DNA of 63,691 nt, counting the filler, from Folioceros fuciformis (lineage: Eukaryota): assembly GCA_049999805.1 (NCBI GenBank). It is 7 parts of 7 records of this genome, joined end to end, with 100 filler letters (N's around TTAATTAATTAA, not from the genome) between each part and the next. Parts side by side here need not be neighbours in the genome. Positions count along the whole stretch, not along the records: positions 23,604 to 51,002 come from JBNGIO010006255.1; 6 more parts are not named here. The stretch is one strand, 5' to 3'. Position 1 is the first letter of the stretch; every line of letters begins with the position of its first letter. This document shows, piece after piece, positions 36,645 to 49,615 of this stretch. The notes under the pieces were generated by a model. That model did no database searches, had not been told where the DNA came from, and saw nothing but the letters and a program-made list of their open reading frames with translations. A program made the translations under genes and the position numbers.

Positions 36645-39600
36645 GCATACGTAGCCAAACTCGCTCCACAACGCCCACCGAATTATAAGAGAGGTACTCG
36701 AGGGAAACTGGCGCACTGGTTGGTTGCACAGACTCGTTTGTATGGAGTCCTTGTGTAGCACAGAAATAGGGGTGCTGGGTCATTCTTCTCGCAGCATTCA
36801 TGACAAACGGAGGTGCTTCTTCAGGAAAGTGAAACTAGCAGCTGCGCTGCCACAACGCTAGTGACAGTATTTTTCGGGGTAATTCACCAGCCTTGGAGGT
36901 TAAATGGGAGGTCTAGTTATAGTGGTTCTGATCTGTACCTGCTGATAACCCGGTCTTTGAGCAGCTTCTGAGAATGCCTAAGGTTCACCTGCGTTTGTCT
37001 CTTTTACCTGGTTACCTGGAGGCTAGCTAAGCTTTGCGCCCCTCTCCTGTTCTTCCATGCCTTTCAGATTTTCTTGAATTGGGCTGTCTTCAAGAGCTTT
37101 TGGAGGGTGAGCATGGAAAATCTCACGGAGTCAACCAACCACACAAGAAAGTGGAGGTACCTTCTCAGCTGAGTAGGGTATTTGAGGAACCATACGGTCT
37201 TCCAGGATTAAGGAGGACTGGCCTGGTTGTTGGGCATGCACAATTCTTTTCGTATTCACCAGGCTGGAAAGCCTTGGTGAAGCCATCAAATTCTTAAAGG
37301 ACCGCGATGTCCAAGTTTCGTTTTTTTAAGTTCATAGCCTTCATTGTGGTGGTGTATGTCTGACAAGCTTCACTCGCAACTGGAAGATGAGCCCTAGACC
37401 CCATGTGCGGTGCGAAGACATGTCTTTCGAGCAAAGGTCAGTGTCTACCGGTGGCCAAGTCTAAGATGAGGCTGGGAAACAGTTGCACAGCTAGCTGCTC
37501 ACTGTTTTGATTTTGACCGCAAAGCTGTCCTCTGCTAGCTTATGTGAACATGGATAGGCCACTGGTACATTACTTACGGTTACGACGTGGTTGTTCAGTG
37601 TGATGGTGCTACCCTGGATTCTCCTGAAGAATATCAAGGGTCAGGTTACCTCTTGGGTTGAGCACCACCGAGTTGCTTGGTTTCCATGGGAATGACTGGA
37701 GCTGTGTATGCTGAAGCATCCGCAACTGCGGTAGCCTCACGCGAACCTGAACCCCACTCTCTGTCCTCTGGCTATACTCTCAGGCATCCCAGTCTGGGCT
37801 GCGAGCTGGCCATCTCTGCTAGCCGCCACCCCCTTCTAAGGTCCAGCGAGATTATGGGGATGATAATGTGCCAAATGCACCAGGTTGAATCCCTGTCTAG
37901 ATTACTTCGTCGGAACAGGTGCTCTACCATATTCTAAATGAACGGTTCCGCATTCAGTTCAATTGCCGACGTCTTGGCGATGAGGGGGCTGAACATGAAA
38001 GACTGCAGCAACGCAGGGTAAGTCCCCTGTGATGTGAGTACAGTCCAGTTATTGCACTATCCAAACACCTTCACATTCCAATAACCTGACGTACAAGGAA
38101 CCATTATGGAAGCAACCATCACATGAGCATGTACACTTTGAAATAACTCACGTCTCACGAAACGCGGTGAGGTCGATCAGGCGTGCCAATAGGTAGGAGG
38201 GAATGTTCTCAGTTACATAATAATGGCGAGAAACTGTGCTGTCCAAGCAACAATGCAATTGCGAGCACTAATAGCCCAAGCAGACGGAAATGTTCAGGGC
38301 ACCCAGTTCGAACTTCCAGGGTGATCAAGATGAGTCATTTCTGGGTCCTAAGCGTCAAGAGATCGCATACATGTCGGACCCTGCCATGCATCACCAATAA
38401 AGCCCTCTGCAACTTCCATCACTCGCGAAAGCGGGCAATATTGCTTGTGCGGAATGACGCACGTAGACAAGGAACATCCTGCAAACGAAGATACTGGTGA
38501 AAAAATACCGTGCATTATTGTTAACGTTCCGAGTTGATCTACAAGGGCAGATACGATACCTCGGATGCACTTGAAGTTGAGTGAATGACAAGAGGATCCC
38601 TGGATCTACACCAGCTCCACGGAGGAATGACTGAACTAGCTCACCAGTTGATGTGCCAGATACCTTTTCACTTCCAACTGTCCCAACCAAACTACTATCT
38701 GGATCAGGATGGTTACTCTATCTACTTGGAGGGGCAGTCCGTGGCCATCCGACGAAAGTTGCAGGGCAAAGAGGTTTCCATATAGTATATTACCTTGCTA
38801 CCAGAACTCTGTGTTGTCATTCTACCTGCAGCTGCCAACCTCACGTTCTGGAAGTAAATGCGTCTCCAAGACGACAACCTGGCACCTGCTACCCAGATTA
38901 AGGCTCCCTGCCTTGCATAAGCCTATATACCTGCAACAACCACATGGCCCTCCGTCTTCCCACTGCCTGTACTAGCCTAACATCTGCAGACATAATGTGC
39001 TTACATGTCAATACGGGGGTATGATCAGATACGTTGCTGGGCGACCACATGAAGCCATCTGCCTTGGCAGCAATGGAGAATCCAGACATTGTACACCCTC
39101 TTGCACCCATCATGATAAGCGCGCATGTGGTTGCACAGGGAGATATCCAATCACACCCCATGCTGACGGAGTGTCCACATAGGGCACCTGCTCCACTTCC
39201 ACCACACAGATCCTAGCTCGCCAACTGAGCCACACAGATACAACCATGCAGGCTGCCTTCCTTGTCCGTGTCTACGATGGGCTTATATGTCCATACGGGG
39301 TACGAGCGGACACGTTCCTGTGCAACCACATGAAAGCGGTAACAATCATGGCGCTGCACAAGCAGGCATCTGCTCATACCCCGTAATGACGGTGAGCTTC
39401 GAACACGTCGACCCTTCTTTCTACGAGTCTGTAAACAATAAAAATCAGTGACATTGCACAGAGAGCATCTGTGTCTACCCTTCCAAACTTTCCAACAATC
39501 AGCCAGGCCAACGGGCACACGACGTCTACGCTGGAGGAGGAGGCACGCTGAGTGCAGTACACTTGCATGCAACCCTAAGCTAAACCAATCCATCCAGCGT

Positions 39601-40627
39601 GCCAAATGCGAGCATCTTCACACGCCGTTGGAGTCGCATGTTCCTCCCATGTCCTTTTCTAAAAAACCGGGTTTTACCAGTTCTCTTTTCCTTCACCTCC
39701 AGATCGACCTAGTCTCGAATTACTGAAAGATGTAGAATTAAGCTACAGATTAATTCTATTGGATAAGTTTTTCCCGTGGTTTCCACTGCCCCTCCCTCTC
39801 ATGACGCAGTATCCGGTCTCTGGCTCACTTCTACTTCCAATACCAGACTAACTTAGTAGTGCTATGTAGCGACAACTCACACGATTCAAGCCTACGCGGG
39901 CGGGTTGGTGAACGGGGCGTTGGTGCGGACGCAAGTGTCGGTTTGCATGAAAGAGCCGTGAGTCGAGGGATCGAGTGTGTAAACATGGAGCACATCAAGA
40001 GTCGTGACCGGCCGCACTGCTTTTAAGTAGCGGGTGCACTTACTTAGTAGAGCAAATTTGCAGCACCAATTTCGCGCAATGGACGAGCGGCTATACAATA
40101 TGGCACTGTGCTACCCTACAATCTCACCTACCTATTGACCTCAGTATTGTGGGGAAGTTGACTCTGTGACTTGAACTTTCGCTTTGCAGAAATTCCCACA
40201 AGCCATGAGCTGGCATCACCCTATGGCATCACTGTGTACAAAAGGACGATGCTCCGGGCTATCCAGTGTCCTTTCAATCTTCTACACCAGAATCCATGTT
40301 CATAGGGATGATCATTGATCCACGCTGAGGCCCGTCCAGCAAGGAATGTCCTGAAGGGACAGTGTGATTGTCAACAGCCGCTCTGCATAGTCTGGACACA
40401 AGCAGTTCACCTCCTGCCAAATATTGGCAATCATGACGATCTCCAAGTCGAGGCGCCATGGTACGACGGTCCCTCACCACCTTGTCATGGAGTTCAATTA
40501 TCTTCCCACAAAGCAGAGGCCTTTGTCAGCCTCCATGAATAGAGGCGAGCTATACACAACTCAATTTGCCACTAACTATCTTACAAGCTAGAAATGGTTT
40601 AAGCCCAACATCCTTCTTCATGGCACA

Positions 40628-41429
40628 TCATCCATCATATGATGGAGGTCGTAACCTACTTGCAGGAACTGTGATGCCCTGCATCATCAACCACGGCATG
40701 GACAACGAGCTAGTCAGAGAGTAAAGGCTATGCGAAGGGTCTGAGCGATACCAAAAAGACAGCACCTTAGGTACCCAGCTTATCCTAAAGTAAATATCTT
40801 ACCATTTGGGCACATCACTCATTCCCAGCCCATTACAAGTCAGTATCATTCCCTTGAAACGGTTGAGATACTCCTGCAATATGTGATATCGTGATGGGGT
40901 AAGATACTGGAACGTGCAAGGTAACTGAACTTCCAACCCAACTGAGGCAGGCGCTCAGTAAATAAGGTTCAGATGAGACATACCGTAATACTGTAATCTT
41001 GCAAATCAAACTCTCCACGAAGATCATAATCCTGACGCTTGACAGGATCGCTTAGAACTGAATACTCAATAGCAGAACAACATCAGGACATTTCGTCTCA
41101 AGCCTCTTAGCCCACACTGCTACCTGTTCTTTAACCTTGAAACGAAAACCAAAATGAGAGAACCACAGATGCAGAACAACTACCTTTGTATGCTTCGTTT
41201 ATCTCCTGAAACCTCAAAGTAGCAGCACTGTCACCGTTATGCTTGTCTGGATGCCACTTCTGCACCCCCACGACAGCGTCTGAAATGTATTCACAGGCTG
41301 CTTTTGCACCAACAGAAAGCTGGGCAACCAAGAGGCAACAGGACTAACCAAAGCAAGGCGCAGGTAGCTTGTTCGAATTGCATCCTCAGTAGCATCATAG
41401 TCTACATCTAGTATTCTGTAATAATCCTG
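40628..41429 (-). CDS. Small J-domain (DnaJ type C) protein; 5' exon(s) not resolved
   Basis: Spliced exons [26 protein letters not shown] | [25 protein letters not shown] | [12 protein letters not shown]... | [21 protein letters not shown] motif intact. Confidence 0.9.
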
Positions 41430-43490
41430 CAAGCACGTACAATACAGGGCAATGAGAACATAGCAACATCCACCCCATTAGGTATCTGTACAATTGCACA
41501 ACGTCTGTTGGGATGATGGCAACAACAAAGTCCATCTCCACAGGGCACCTCGCAAATAACTTGCACACAAAACTTAACGAAAGAGTGATCAGGCGTGGTA
41601 CATGGAACACCAAACACTTCTGTGCACTGTCTCTAGATGTCAGCAAGATCAGCTTTCGGCTTTCATGTGCACGCAACTCACATTTCTGCCAGACGTGGAA
41701 GCGTCCAACCTAATTCCTTTCACTTTCTCCTTGCCCCGCTCCATCCAACAAACCGGAAAGCCTCACATGCACAATAATATTGCTGCCACTACTACTGACC
41801 AAGAAGTAGCCTAAACCTTTCGCTCAAGGCGTCAATCAACCCTCAGAAACGGGCAAACGAGTTGCATAACCGGAGTCACAATCGTTCTGCAGACCGCATA
41901 TTAGGGTATCGAAATCTACACTGTAATGGTAACCACATTGAAATGGTACCTACAAAATACACCCATTCCCTGCCCGAGAAAACTTCCTTTCCCTACAAAT
42001 CTACTTCCGAGATACACAATGGGATCGCCTCAAAGACCTGACAAAGCTTGCATTCCACGCACGCCTTTCAAACCAGCCGCTGGCAAAAGAAAGAAGGGAA
42101 TCCTCCCTCTGGAGAGAACCTGCCCAAAGCAGGACGGGCAAGTTCACAACGTGCCAGACTGAGAGCCGGGAGGGGCCAAATCGTGAAGGCAGGTGTAACA
42201 CAACCGGACCTTTTGATTCTCAGGAGCAAGGTTGACGCCTCTGCAACTAGAACTGTGCCACCCCATCGTTCAGCGCCGCCTTTCCCCTCCTAACAACAAA
42301 GAGCCTTCACATTTAAAAGCGTCCACAATGTCGATATCCACATTCTACTACGGAAACCAAGCTCCAGAACCCGACCTGCACTCATCCAACAATCGCACAT
42401 GTCAACACACTTTGCCGGATGCTTCCAGGACTACACCAAGCACCATCCAGCATCATCCAAACCCCGCAGGCCACCTCGCACAAACACCACCCACACGAAC
42501 AGCAGCAAAATCCGCACCACCGCGATCAGCAATCACCAAATTCCAACTCTGCGCAGCCGACCACGAGGACCTGCGTCCCGAGACGAGCGAAACCATGCAT
42601 TCCCTGAGGGCTCTGGCACGAATCAACTCAGCGGCATTGCGCCACTTGCATGCACGCGAGCCGAGCCGAGCCGGGCCTCAGCACTCGCGACAAGTTCGCA
42701 CCGCTCTGTCGGAATCCTGTCAGAGTACGAGATGACGCGGAAGAGAGGCAGTGCAATGCATTATGCACCATACTAGCGTTTATCGCGAACCATGCCACCT
42801 CTGGTACCGGACCTACTCCACAGACCTTGCTGGACGTTTCCGAGCCACCGTCAGCACCGATCCAGGCAACGAGTGACCTAATAAGCCCAGACCCTAAGGT
42901 AACCAGCCAGTCAACGAACCAGTTGAACCTTGCCGATTTTTCTGTGTCGGAAGATATTGACTGAGTGAAATCCACCCTACGATTTCCAACACTTATACAG
43001 ACACCGAGACCAAGAGTTGTGGCCTGGGTGCTCCCCTCGTACACGGGTACGAGGTCTGGACCCAAACCTACGTCGCGACGTCGGTATGGCTGTCTTGATG
43101 AAGAAGCACGAGGAGCCTTGCACGACAGGCTGGTCGTGGCACGAACTTGGCAATCGGATTCTTCTTCATTGAACGACTTCGATCTGCTCCGAGCCACTTT
43201 GGTTTCAGGAGTTCCTGCTCGAACGCCGCCAGGCTCCCCGGCCGGATCTTGATTCGTGCTAGTACGTCTCAACGAGTCCTCATCGACAGGACGTCTCCTT
43301 GCGTTTTGAATTCGTACACATGGAGCTGGAGATCCCTGCCTGACCTTTCGATACTCTGAGCCGTCAACTCATTCGCTGCTGGCCACAATAGACAGCCCCT
43401 TTCTGAAGTCCCTGTTGGTATACGATCTGGCCCGGAATTGAGTTCCCAGAAGGACTGTCCGTGCGGATCTGTGGATTAGGACTGCAAGTG

Positions 43491-44228
43491 ATGGAGGACG
43501 TGAACGATTTGCCATGTGGAGACGATTCCTGCCAGAGGAGGAGCTGTGCCTCAGTTGAAAGCCGGAATGCACAAGATGCCAGCACGGAATCGATGCAACT
43601 CTTGAGTCAAGCTTCGTTCGACTGTATACAGAGCAACTTGGATTCCCACCACCCACAACAGCCTTGGCCGCTGGGGCCGGAGCCGGATTTCTGCAGGATC
43701 AGGCAAGGGGACAACAGCGTGGAGATGATCATTCTAGTGCCGGTGAACGTAGCTTGGGGTGTGATCACAGACTGGTTCGGCTGGGTGTATGGATGGCCGG
43801 ATGATGTGCTTATCATGCCCATCGCGGGATCGAATGCATGCCCGGGCGCTTTGCGCTACTTGACGGACTGCTCCAATCCCGGCGGAATTTGGATGGTGGA
43901 GAGGCTCCTCAGCGTATGGCCTGCTCAGAACGAGATCTCTTACCGAGTGGAGGCCAGCAACGTTGACGGTATCAGCGGACACAAGGGATCTTGCCGCCTT
44001 TCACCTGTAGCTATCCCCTGTACCACATATCCTGCCTCCCAGAGTGATGACAGTAATGATAGCACGCGCGGGGGAGAAAGAAGCGTCAGGGAGGGATCCA
44101 AAGTGGTGTGGAGCTTCGAATTACCTGAAGACGCCGCTGGACATGGCTTCACGGTGGAACTCGTGCGCCAGAGCTTGATCATACACATTAAGCGCTTGGA
44201 GAAATTCTGCATCCTCAATCTTTGCTAG
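43491..44228 (+). CDS. SRPBCC/polyketide cyclase-like (lachrymatory-factor-synthase-like) protein
   Basis: VPVNVAWGVITDWF..YGWP, G..ACPGALRY, WMVERLL..ISY and SKVVWSF followed by a C-terminal helix give a helix-grip pattern. Intronless. Confidence 0.8.
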   Translation: MEDVNDLPCGDDSCQRRSCASVESRNAQDASTESMQLLSQASFDCIQSNLDSHHPQQPWPLGPEPDFCRIRQGDNSVEMIILVPVNVAWGVITDWFGWVYGWPDDVLIMPIAGSNACPGALRYLTDCSNPGGIWMVERLLSVWPAQNEISYRVEASNVDGISGHKGSCRLSPVAIPCTTYPASQSDDSNDSTRGGERSVREGSKVVWSFELPEDAAGHGFTVELVRQSLIIHIKRLEKFCILNLC

Positions 44229-44770
44229 CCGAATTATGGTCCTTCAGTGCTGTTTTGTTAGTCCGGGAAGGGGGACATGGTTTCACGCCCCACGGTCGCA
44301 CGATTTACGAATCGTGTTTGTGCCTGTGTGATTCATGAAGCGTGTTTGTGTTTATGCCAGTTGGCCGGGGGAATTTGGTCTTCCTGCTCATTTGTCCCGC
44401 TTGCGAGACTGAGACTGCTCCTATGTCTGTAGACAACTGCTGCATAGAGCATCTCAGCGCATCCCCAAACCGCCAAGAATCGAGGCAGCGTAACCACGGC
44501 TGTAACCCAGACTTGCCCTAGCGGGAAGAAACCACAACGGTTAGCGCTGGATGGTTGGGATCACAGCTGGTGAGACCTCACGGAGAACGACAGGGGGCGG
44601 TGTATCAGCTGATGCGACTGCTGCTGGCCAGAAACGATGTCACATCCGCCTGAAGTGGGTCAACAGTCCAACGTCGAACGTTGCGGTTCCCCTGTGACGG
44701 GGGCCACGAATGCTCCTGGAGCTGCCATAAGCGTTAGCCTCGCACAAGTGGATTCGACCTTGATTTGCCG

Positions 44771-47187
44771 ATGGTTTGTCACGATACGTTGCTGCCGTGG
44801 AGCCTAAGAGGTTTCCTTTGCAGGAGAATTACGAATACACATACTTGACAATCAACGATGCAGTGGTGGCGATGGGCCAACTTGTGAACATCTACGGGAA
44901 GATCGTTGAGTTTGATCAGCCTCGGCATTCTCGTGGTTCAGGTGCCCTCTCTACCTGCTCGTTATTTGGATAAACTCTGCCAGACTGTGGGTTACTGATC
45001 TAGTGTCTTCTTGGTTGGACAGACATTACGTGCACAATGACTTTGAGGGATATGTCTTACCCTATGGGCCTGCGGGTAATCGTGTTTGCCTCCACATTAG
45101 ACTTGATACCTCGGGTGCGGGCTGTTGGGGACGTCATCCGGTTTCATCGTGTTAAGGTGAGACGTTGCAAAGTTTTGAAAATAGGATTTAGGGCTGTGGG
45201 AGCGGAGGATGTCAGTGTGCTCAGTGCTTCTGTCGAATTGTGGTGTTGCAGATGACTGTTCACAGTAACGCCCCACAGGCCATCGCGAAGATTCAAAAGT
45301 CTGCTCAGTTTCTCCTCTTTAGTGGCAAGATTGATGACAGCACTGACCCCTATCAGCAGTCATCCATGAAGTACACCAAAGGGGACGTGGATATCAACAG
45401 GCTCACCTTGTTTCGTAACTGGCACGATCTTCTCCCCGCTGAACCGGGTGGCATCTCAGTCTCCTTTTCTTTTTCTTCACTCCTGCAGCTTTCACCCCTC
45501 TGTAAGTTTGATGTACACGTCATGTGGGACTGTCTGTGTTTATCATGCTCTTGACGTTTCTGCAGCGAGTAGCAACCTATACAAGATGCCGATCAAAGGT
45601 TTAAAGCATGGCTGCTTCTTTGACATCTGCTGTCAGGTTAGACTCTGGGCTATTTGATGGTTTAGTCCTTGTGTTCAAACAACAAACGTGGCGTCTCTGT
45701 ATCTTGACAGACCGGTGTATGATCCGCTTGCCAGATGTTGCTAATTGTTGGTGGGGAGGACGACGCAGGATTTATCATCTACGTATGGGACGGAACGGAT
45801 GCTCCTCCAGCCCCTATTGGGTGAGTTGAGTGTAGCATGGATACTTTGAGTGCTATTGGTTTTCGTTTTTGAATAACCATACAGTGAACCGTCCACGATC
45901 TTAGTGCTCTGGCTCTCGTCGTGTTTTGCATGGTTCTCCGGACAATTACTCCAATTCTTAGAATTTCTCCAGGGGATGAAGAGTTGCCAAAAGCAGCCTC
46001 TCCTCCAAGAGAGACGCTCTTTGCTTTCCCTCCAAAGGGCACAGTCTTGCCTCTCGTTCCTGATGCACCTGAGCAGAAGCTGCCATTGCAACTTCCAGAT
46101 GCGGGCAACTGGGTGTTGTTCCGCAACTTGAAATGCAGGGTGTGGAATGGAGTCTATGGAGGTATTTGGACACGGGAAAGCAAGCTTATCCGCAGACTTG
46201 ATCCTGACAGCCCTTCGGTGACAGAATGTATGAGGTGATTACTGCCAGAACCCAGGGTTGGGATAGTCTCCAGCTCTTAGGTAGTAGTGAGATGGAAGGA
46301 AGGAAATTGTCTTGTCTGCTTGACGGTAACATTGGTGTCATTAGGGTTTATGCAGAACGGTTCGACCAGGTGTCCCAGTGGGCACCAGTGCCTCTCCAGT
46401 CCATGACAGGTATGAATATCCAGACGATACTGAGACGCTGAGACGAGAACGGGGAAGGCCATCCATCCATAAAATGCACTTGGTGCTGATCTAATGTGGT
46501 TTGCCCAGTGACAGACCACGAAAATGTGAGGTTGTCAACGTTAAGGGAGGTATTGGTGCATCCACAGGTATGCCTGAGTTCCCATATTAAGAGTTTTTCT
46601 CTCGGGCCTGATAGCTTCGAAGTGCTCATGTATTGGTGGTATGCTCGGGATGCAGGTTACATACAAGTTCCGTTGTCTTGTTCGCGTTGTATCGACGTTC
46701 CCCTGTGATTTTGTGGACTTCTGCGGTATGGTACCCGATGAGACCGGGAACGATAGGTGTTGTGGGACAAGTCAGTATGTATATGCAGTCCGGCTTACTC
46801 TGGAAGATCCCACAGCTCGGCTTCAGGCGTACCTCTGCGGGGAGGATGCGGTGAGCTTGTCGTGGACAAGAAACCTTGATAAGTTGGTATTTCAGCATAC
46901 TACTTGCTCTGCAGCAGTGAGTACACAAAGCAAAACGTTCATGATCCTATTGTATGGGACGTTTGCAGGTCCAATTTTTCAACGGTCATCCAGCCAGGGA
47001 CCTTCACAGCCAAGGAGCAACTGTGGGTGCTTTGGAGAGGAATGTAAAGAGGCTTCTAGGGGTGAGTGATAACGACTGGCGAAACCCGCCGTGGATCAAG
47101 TGCTGCTTGAAATCCTATTATCTTGATAAGCAGCATCAATGGCACACCAGGCGTTTCAGGATATTTGGGACAACTCTTCCTGGGTAG
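44771..47187 (+). CDS. POT1: Protection of telomeres 1 (OB-fold telomere end-binding protein), about 10 exons
   Basis: VNIYGKIVEFDQPRHSRGS | D, LRVIVFA...PRVRAVGDVIRFHRVK, YVWDGTDAPP, KFRCLVRVV, LTLEDPTARLQAYLCGEDA, RNPPWIKCCLKSYY and FRIFGT. Start (ATG 44771 plus short intron) is tentative. Confidence 0.95.
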
Positions 47188-47520
47188 CCAGGCTGGACAT
47201 CACAAACCACCAACAATTTTGTTAAGAAGAGACACAGGAAGCATTGAAGCATGCCTAACCCTACCCCTACCCCACACGCTTTTGAGAAGGACCCTAAAAA
47301 TCAAGTAGCTGTGCACATTACACATGACAGAGATGGGGAGATTTGGGGAGTGAAATGAAATGATATTTATTTTGAATTGTCTGGCGCTGAAAACTCACTG
47401 GAGAGAGTCCGTGGGACGACAACGAGGTGGGTGGAAGGGGTTATTAGTCGCCCTGAGAGACAGTTGGGGCATGAATTTCACAGTGCAAGTTTGATCAATC
47501 ATCAGGCCCAGTAGTAGACG

Positions 47521-48738
47521 TTATTGCGAGTCTTCAGTTTGGACCCTGTCGTCTTTGCCTTCCTCTCCTTCGTCTTCAACTGCAGCGTGTCCTGGTCCTG
47601 GTCGGCTTTCATGCTGCTTGTTTCCTTGGGAATTGCCCCGTTCCTCCGCAGCCTCTGCTGGATCACTGGACTCGTACTGGTCTTGTACTGGCGGCGGATG
47701 ATCCTCAGGACGGCTCGCTGGTTGGGATGCAGCCGCGTCTTGGTTGGCAGGTTCGATTTGGAATTCGTTGCTACTGTCTGGAGCTGCTTCCTTCTGCTGA
47801 GCGGGAGTTGCTTCCTGCGGCTGGGTCGGAGGTTGATGAGTGTCGTCTTGCTGCGGTTGGATCGGAGGATGAGGTGCTTCCTCCTGTAGCGGCTGCGTTG
47901 GAGGCGGGTTGCCTTCCTCGAGCTGGAGCTGCGGCTGCGGCTGCGGCTGCTGCTGCTGCTTCTGGGTGGGGGCGTCTACTAGGAGACCTTGCTGGGTATG
48001 CAGGGCCTGGGTATGCGCGGGCGGAGGTTCATCATCGTCAGAGTCGGATTCGTCGGAGCTGCTATCGTCCGCAAGGTGGCCATGGTCCAGATCCTCGATG
48101 CCCATGAGGTAAGCCACCAAGGTCTGCCTGACCTGGTCCATTCTGGTTCGGGGAACATACTGCTCACCTTCCTGGGGAAGCAGCGCGTACGACCACACCA
48201 CCCGCGTCTTTTCCTCCTCTCCCTCCGCCAAGCTTTTCTCGGAGAAGAGCTGCATAAGGCCGCTGGAGCCGATGATGCCCGGCTCGGGGCATTCGTCCAC
48301 TGTGTAGGTGTACCAGTACTCCTGTGGCTCCACAGCCACCAGGCGCTCAATCACCCACGCTTGATGGGGGTCCGCCTTGTCTGCTACCCGCCTCCGCGCT
48401 CCCACGCTCACACCATTCAGCGTGAGCGGTGTGATGCTCACCTGCTTGGGCCACCCATACCGCTCCCCGAATAAGTCCGACACTATGTCCCACACTTTCT
48501 GTATGGGCAGCGGTACGTACAGCACCACGGAACCCAGGCTCGATTTCTTCACGGTGGAAACACATGCTGCAATAGGCCTAGCCTGGCTGGAATTCGACTC
48601 CACTCCCGCCGCTTTCGCTTGCGCTTGCACTTCCGCGTCCACTTCCACTTCTGCTGCCCCTGTCCCTGCCCCTGCCCCTGCCGGACACGTTGCTGCTCCA
48701 GATGAACTCGCTGCCGACGCCTCCTCCAGTTCCGCCAT
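47521..48738 (-). CDS. SRPBCC/polyketide cyclase-like protein with a long acidic Pro/Gln-rich disordered tail
   Basis: PLPIQKVWDIVSDLF..YGWP, GVSVGARR, WVIERLVAV...YTY and TRVVWSY. Paralogue of 43491-44228. Intronless, 405 aa. Confidence 0.82.
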   Translation of the reverse strand: MAELEEASAASSSGAATCPAGAGAGTGAAEVEVDAEVQAQAKAAGVESNSSQARPIAACVSTVKKSSLGSVVLYVPLPIQKVWDIVSDLFGERYGWPKQVSITPLTLNGVSVGARRRVADKADPHQAWVIERLVAVEPQEYWYTYTVDECPEPGIIGSSGLMQLFSEKSLAEGEEEKTRVVWSYALLPQEGEQYVPRTRMDQVRQTLVAYLMGIEDLDHGHLADDSSSDESDSDDDEPPPAHTQALHTQQGLLVDAPTQKQQQQPQPQPQLQLEEGNPPPTQPLQEEAPHPPIQPQQDDTHQPPTQPQEATPAQQKEAAPDSSNEFQIEPANQDAAASQPASRPEDHPPPVQDQYESSDPAEAAEERGNSQGNKQHESRPGPGHAAVEDEGEEGKDDRVQTEDSQ

Positions 48739-48927
48739 GATCTTAGCTTACGCAGCTGTTACAGGTACTCGAGCTTGAAAAATAAATTTTGCAGAATCCA
48801 GCAGCAGGCTTTGCGGATTTGGGACTGTCCGCCCAGGTCCGGATCCGCATGAAACGACTAGCAGCCACAAGCCGTGGAGGAAGGCACATCCCGAAACATC
48901 TTGGGCGACGAGGGCATGCACGAACGG

Positions 48928-49037
48928 CAGGGTAGGGCAGGGTGGGGCAGGGCAAGGCAAGGCGAGGTAGAGCAGAGACAGGGCAGGGCAGGGCAGAGGC
49001 AGGGCAGAGGCAGGGCAGGGCAGAGGCAGGGCTGGGC
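48928..49037. repeat. (GGGCA/GAGGCA)n G-rich simple repeat
   Basis: Direct reading: gggtagggcagggtggggcagggca...gggcagggcagggcagaggcagggcagaggcagggcagggcag. Confidence 0.9.
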
Positions 49038-49615
49038 TCAACGTTGTGATCAAGCAAGCAAGCACAGCCAAAGGGACAGGGAAAGGGAGAGGGAAATGGG
49101 AGCCGAGAACGGCGCCAGGCAAGGCTAAATAGCTAAGATGAAGGCAGGCAAAGCATTGTAAGGTACGACAGGAGGGGGATGCAAAATTTGTCGTCAGCGG
49201 CATCCAACGAGGCGCGCGTTACGACATTTGTATCTTGCGTTCTCTGTTTCAGCTGCCAAGCTTCGTTTCCTGGTGTCAGCCCTTATCCAAGCCCCAATGT
49301 TCTCGACTTTGCATGCCTTCGAGCAGTGCGGGGATCACAAGGAGTAGACGGATTCCGTGGGACCGCCACTTCTCGTCTGATTCATACCAACATATTCTGA
49401 ACACCCTTTGTATATGTAAGCAAGCGCTTGGTCCCGGCGTCGGAATCACCGCTGCTTTGCCTTTCGCCCGACTCTGTTGCTACAAGATAAACTAAAATAT
49501 GAAATTACCTATGCCACATATTGGTGTGGATATCCACTTTGGCCAGGCCCTCTTGCATGCTTCCCAAGGTGTGAATATTCCACGACCTTCACTCTACTTT
49601 ACATGGAACGCGGTT

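Noticed and set aside
42628-43272. 214-aa minus-strand ORF
   Set aside because: No upstream in-frame ATG, no motif, and it lies in a GC-rich divergent promoter region.
43491-44228. PYR/PYL ABA receptor call
   Set aside because: Gate (SGLPA) and latch (HRL) motifs are absent in both SRPBCC genes.
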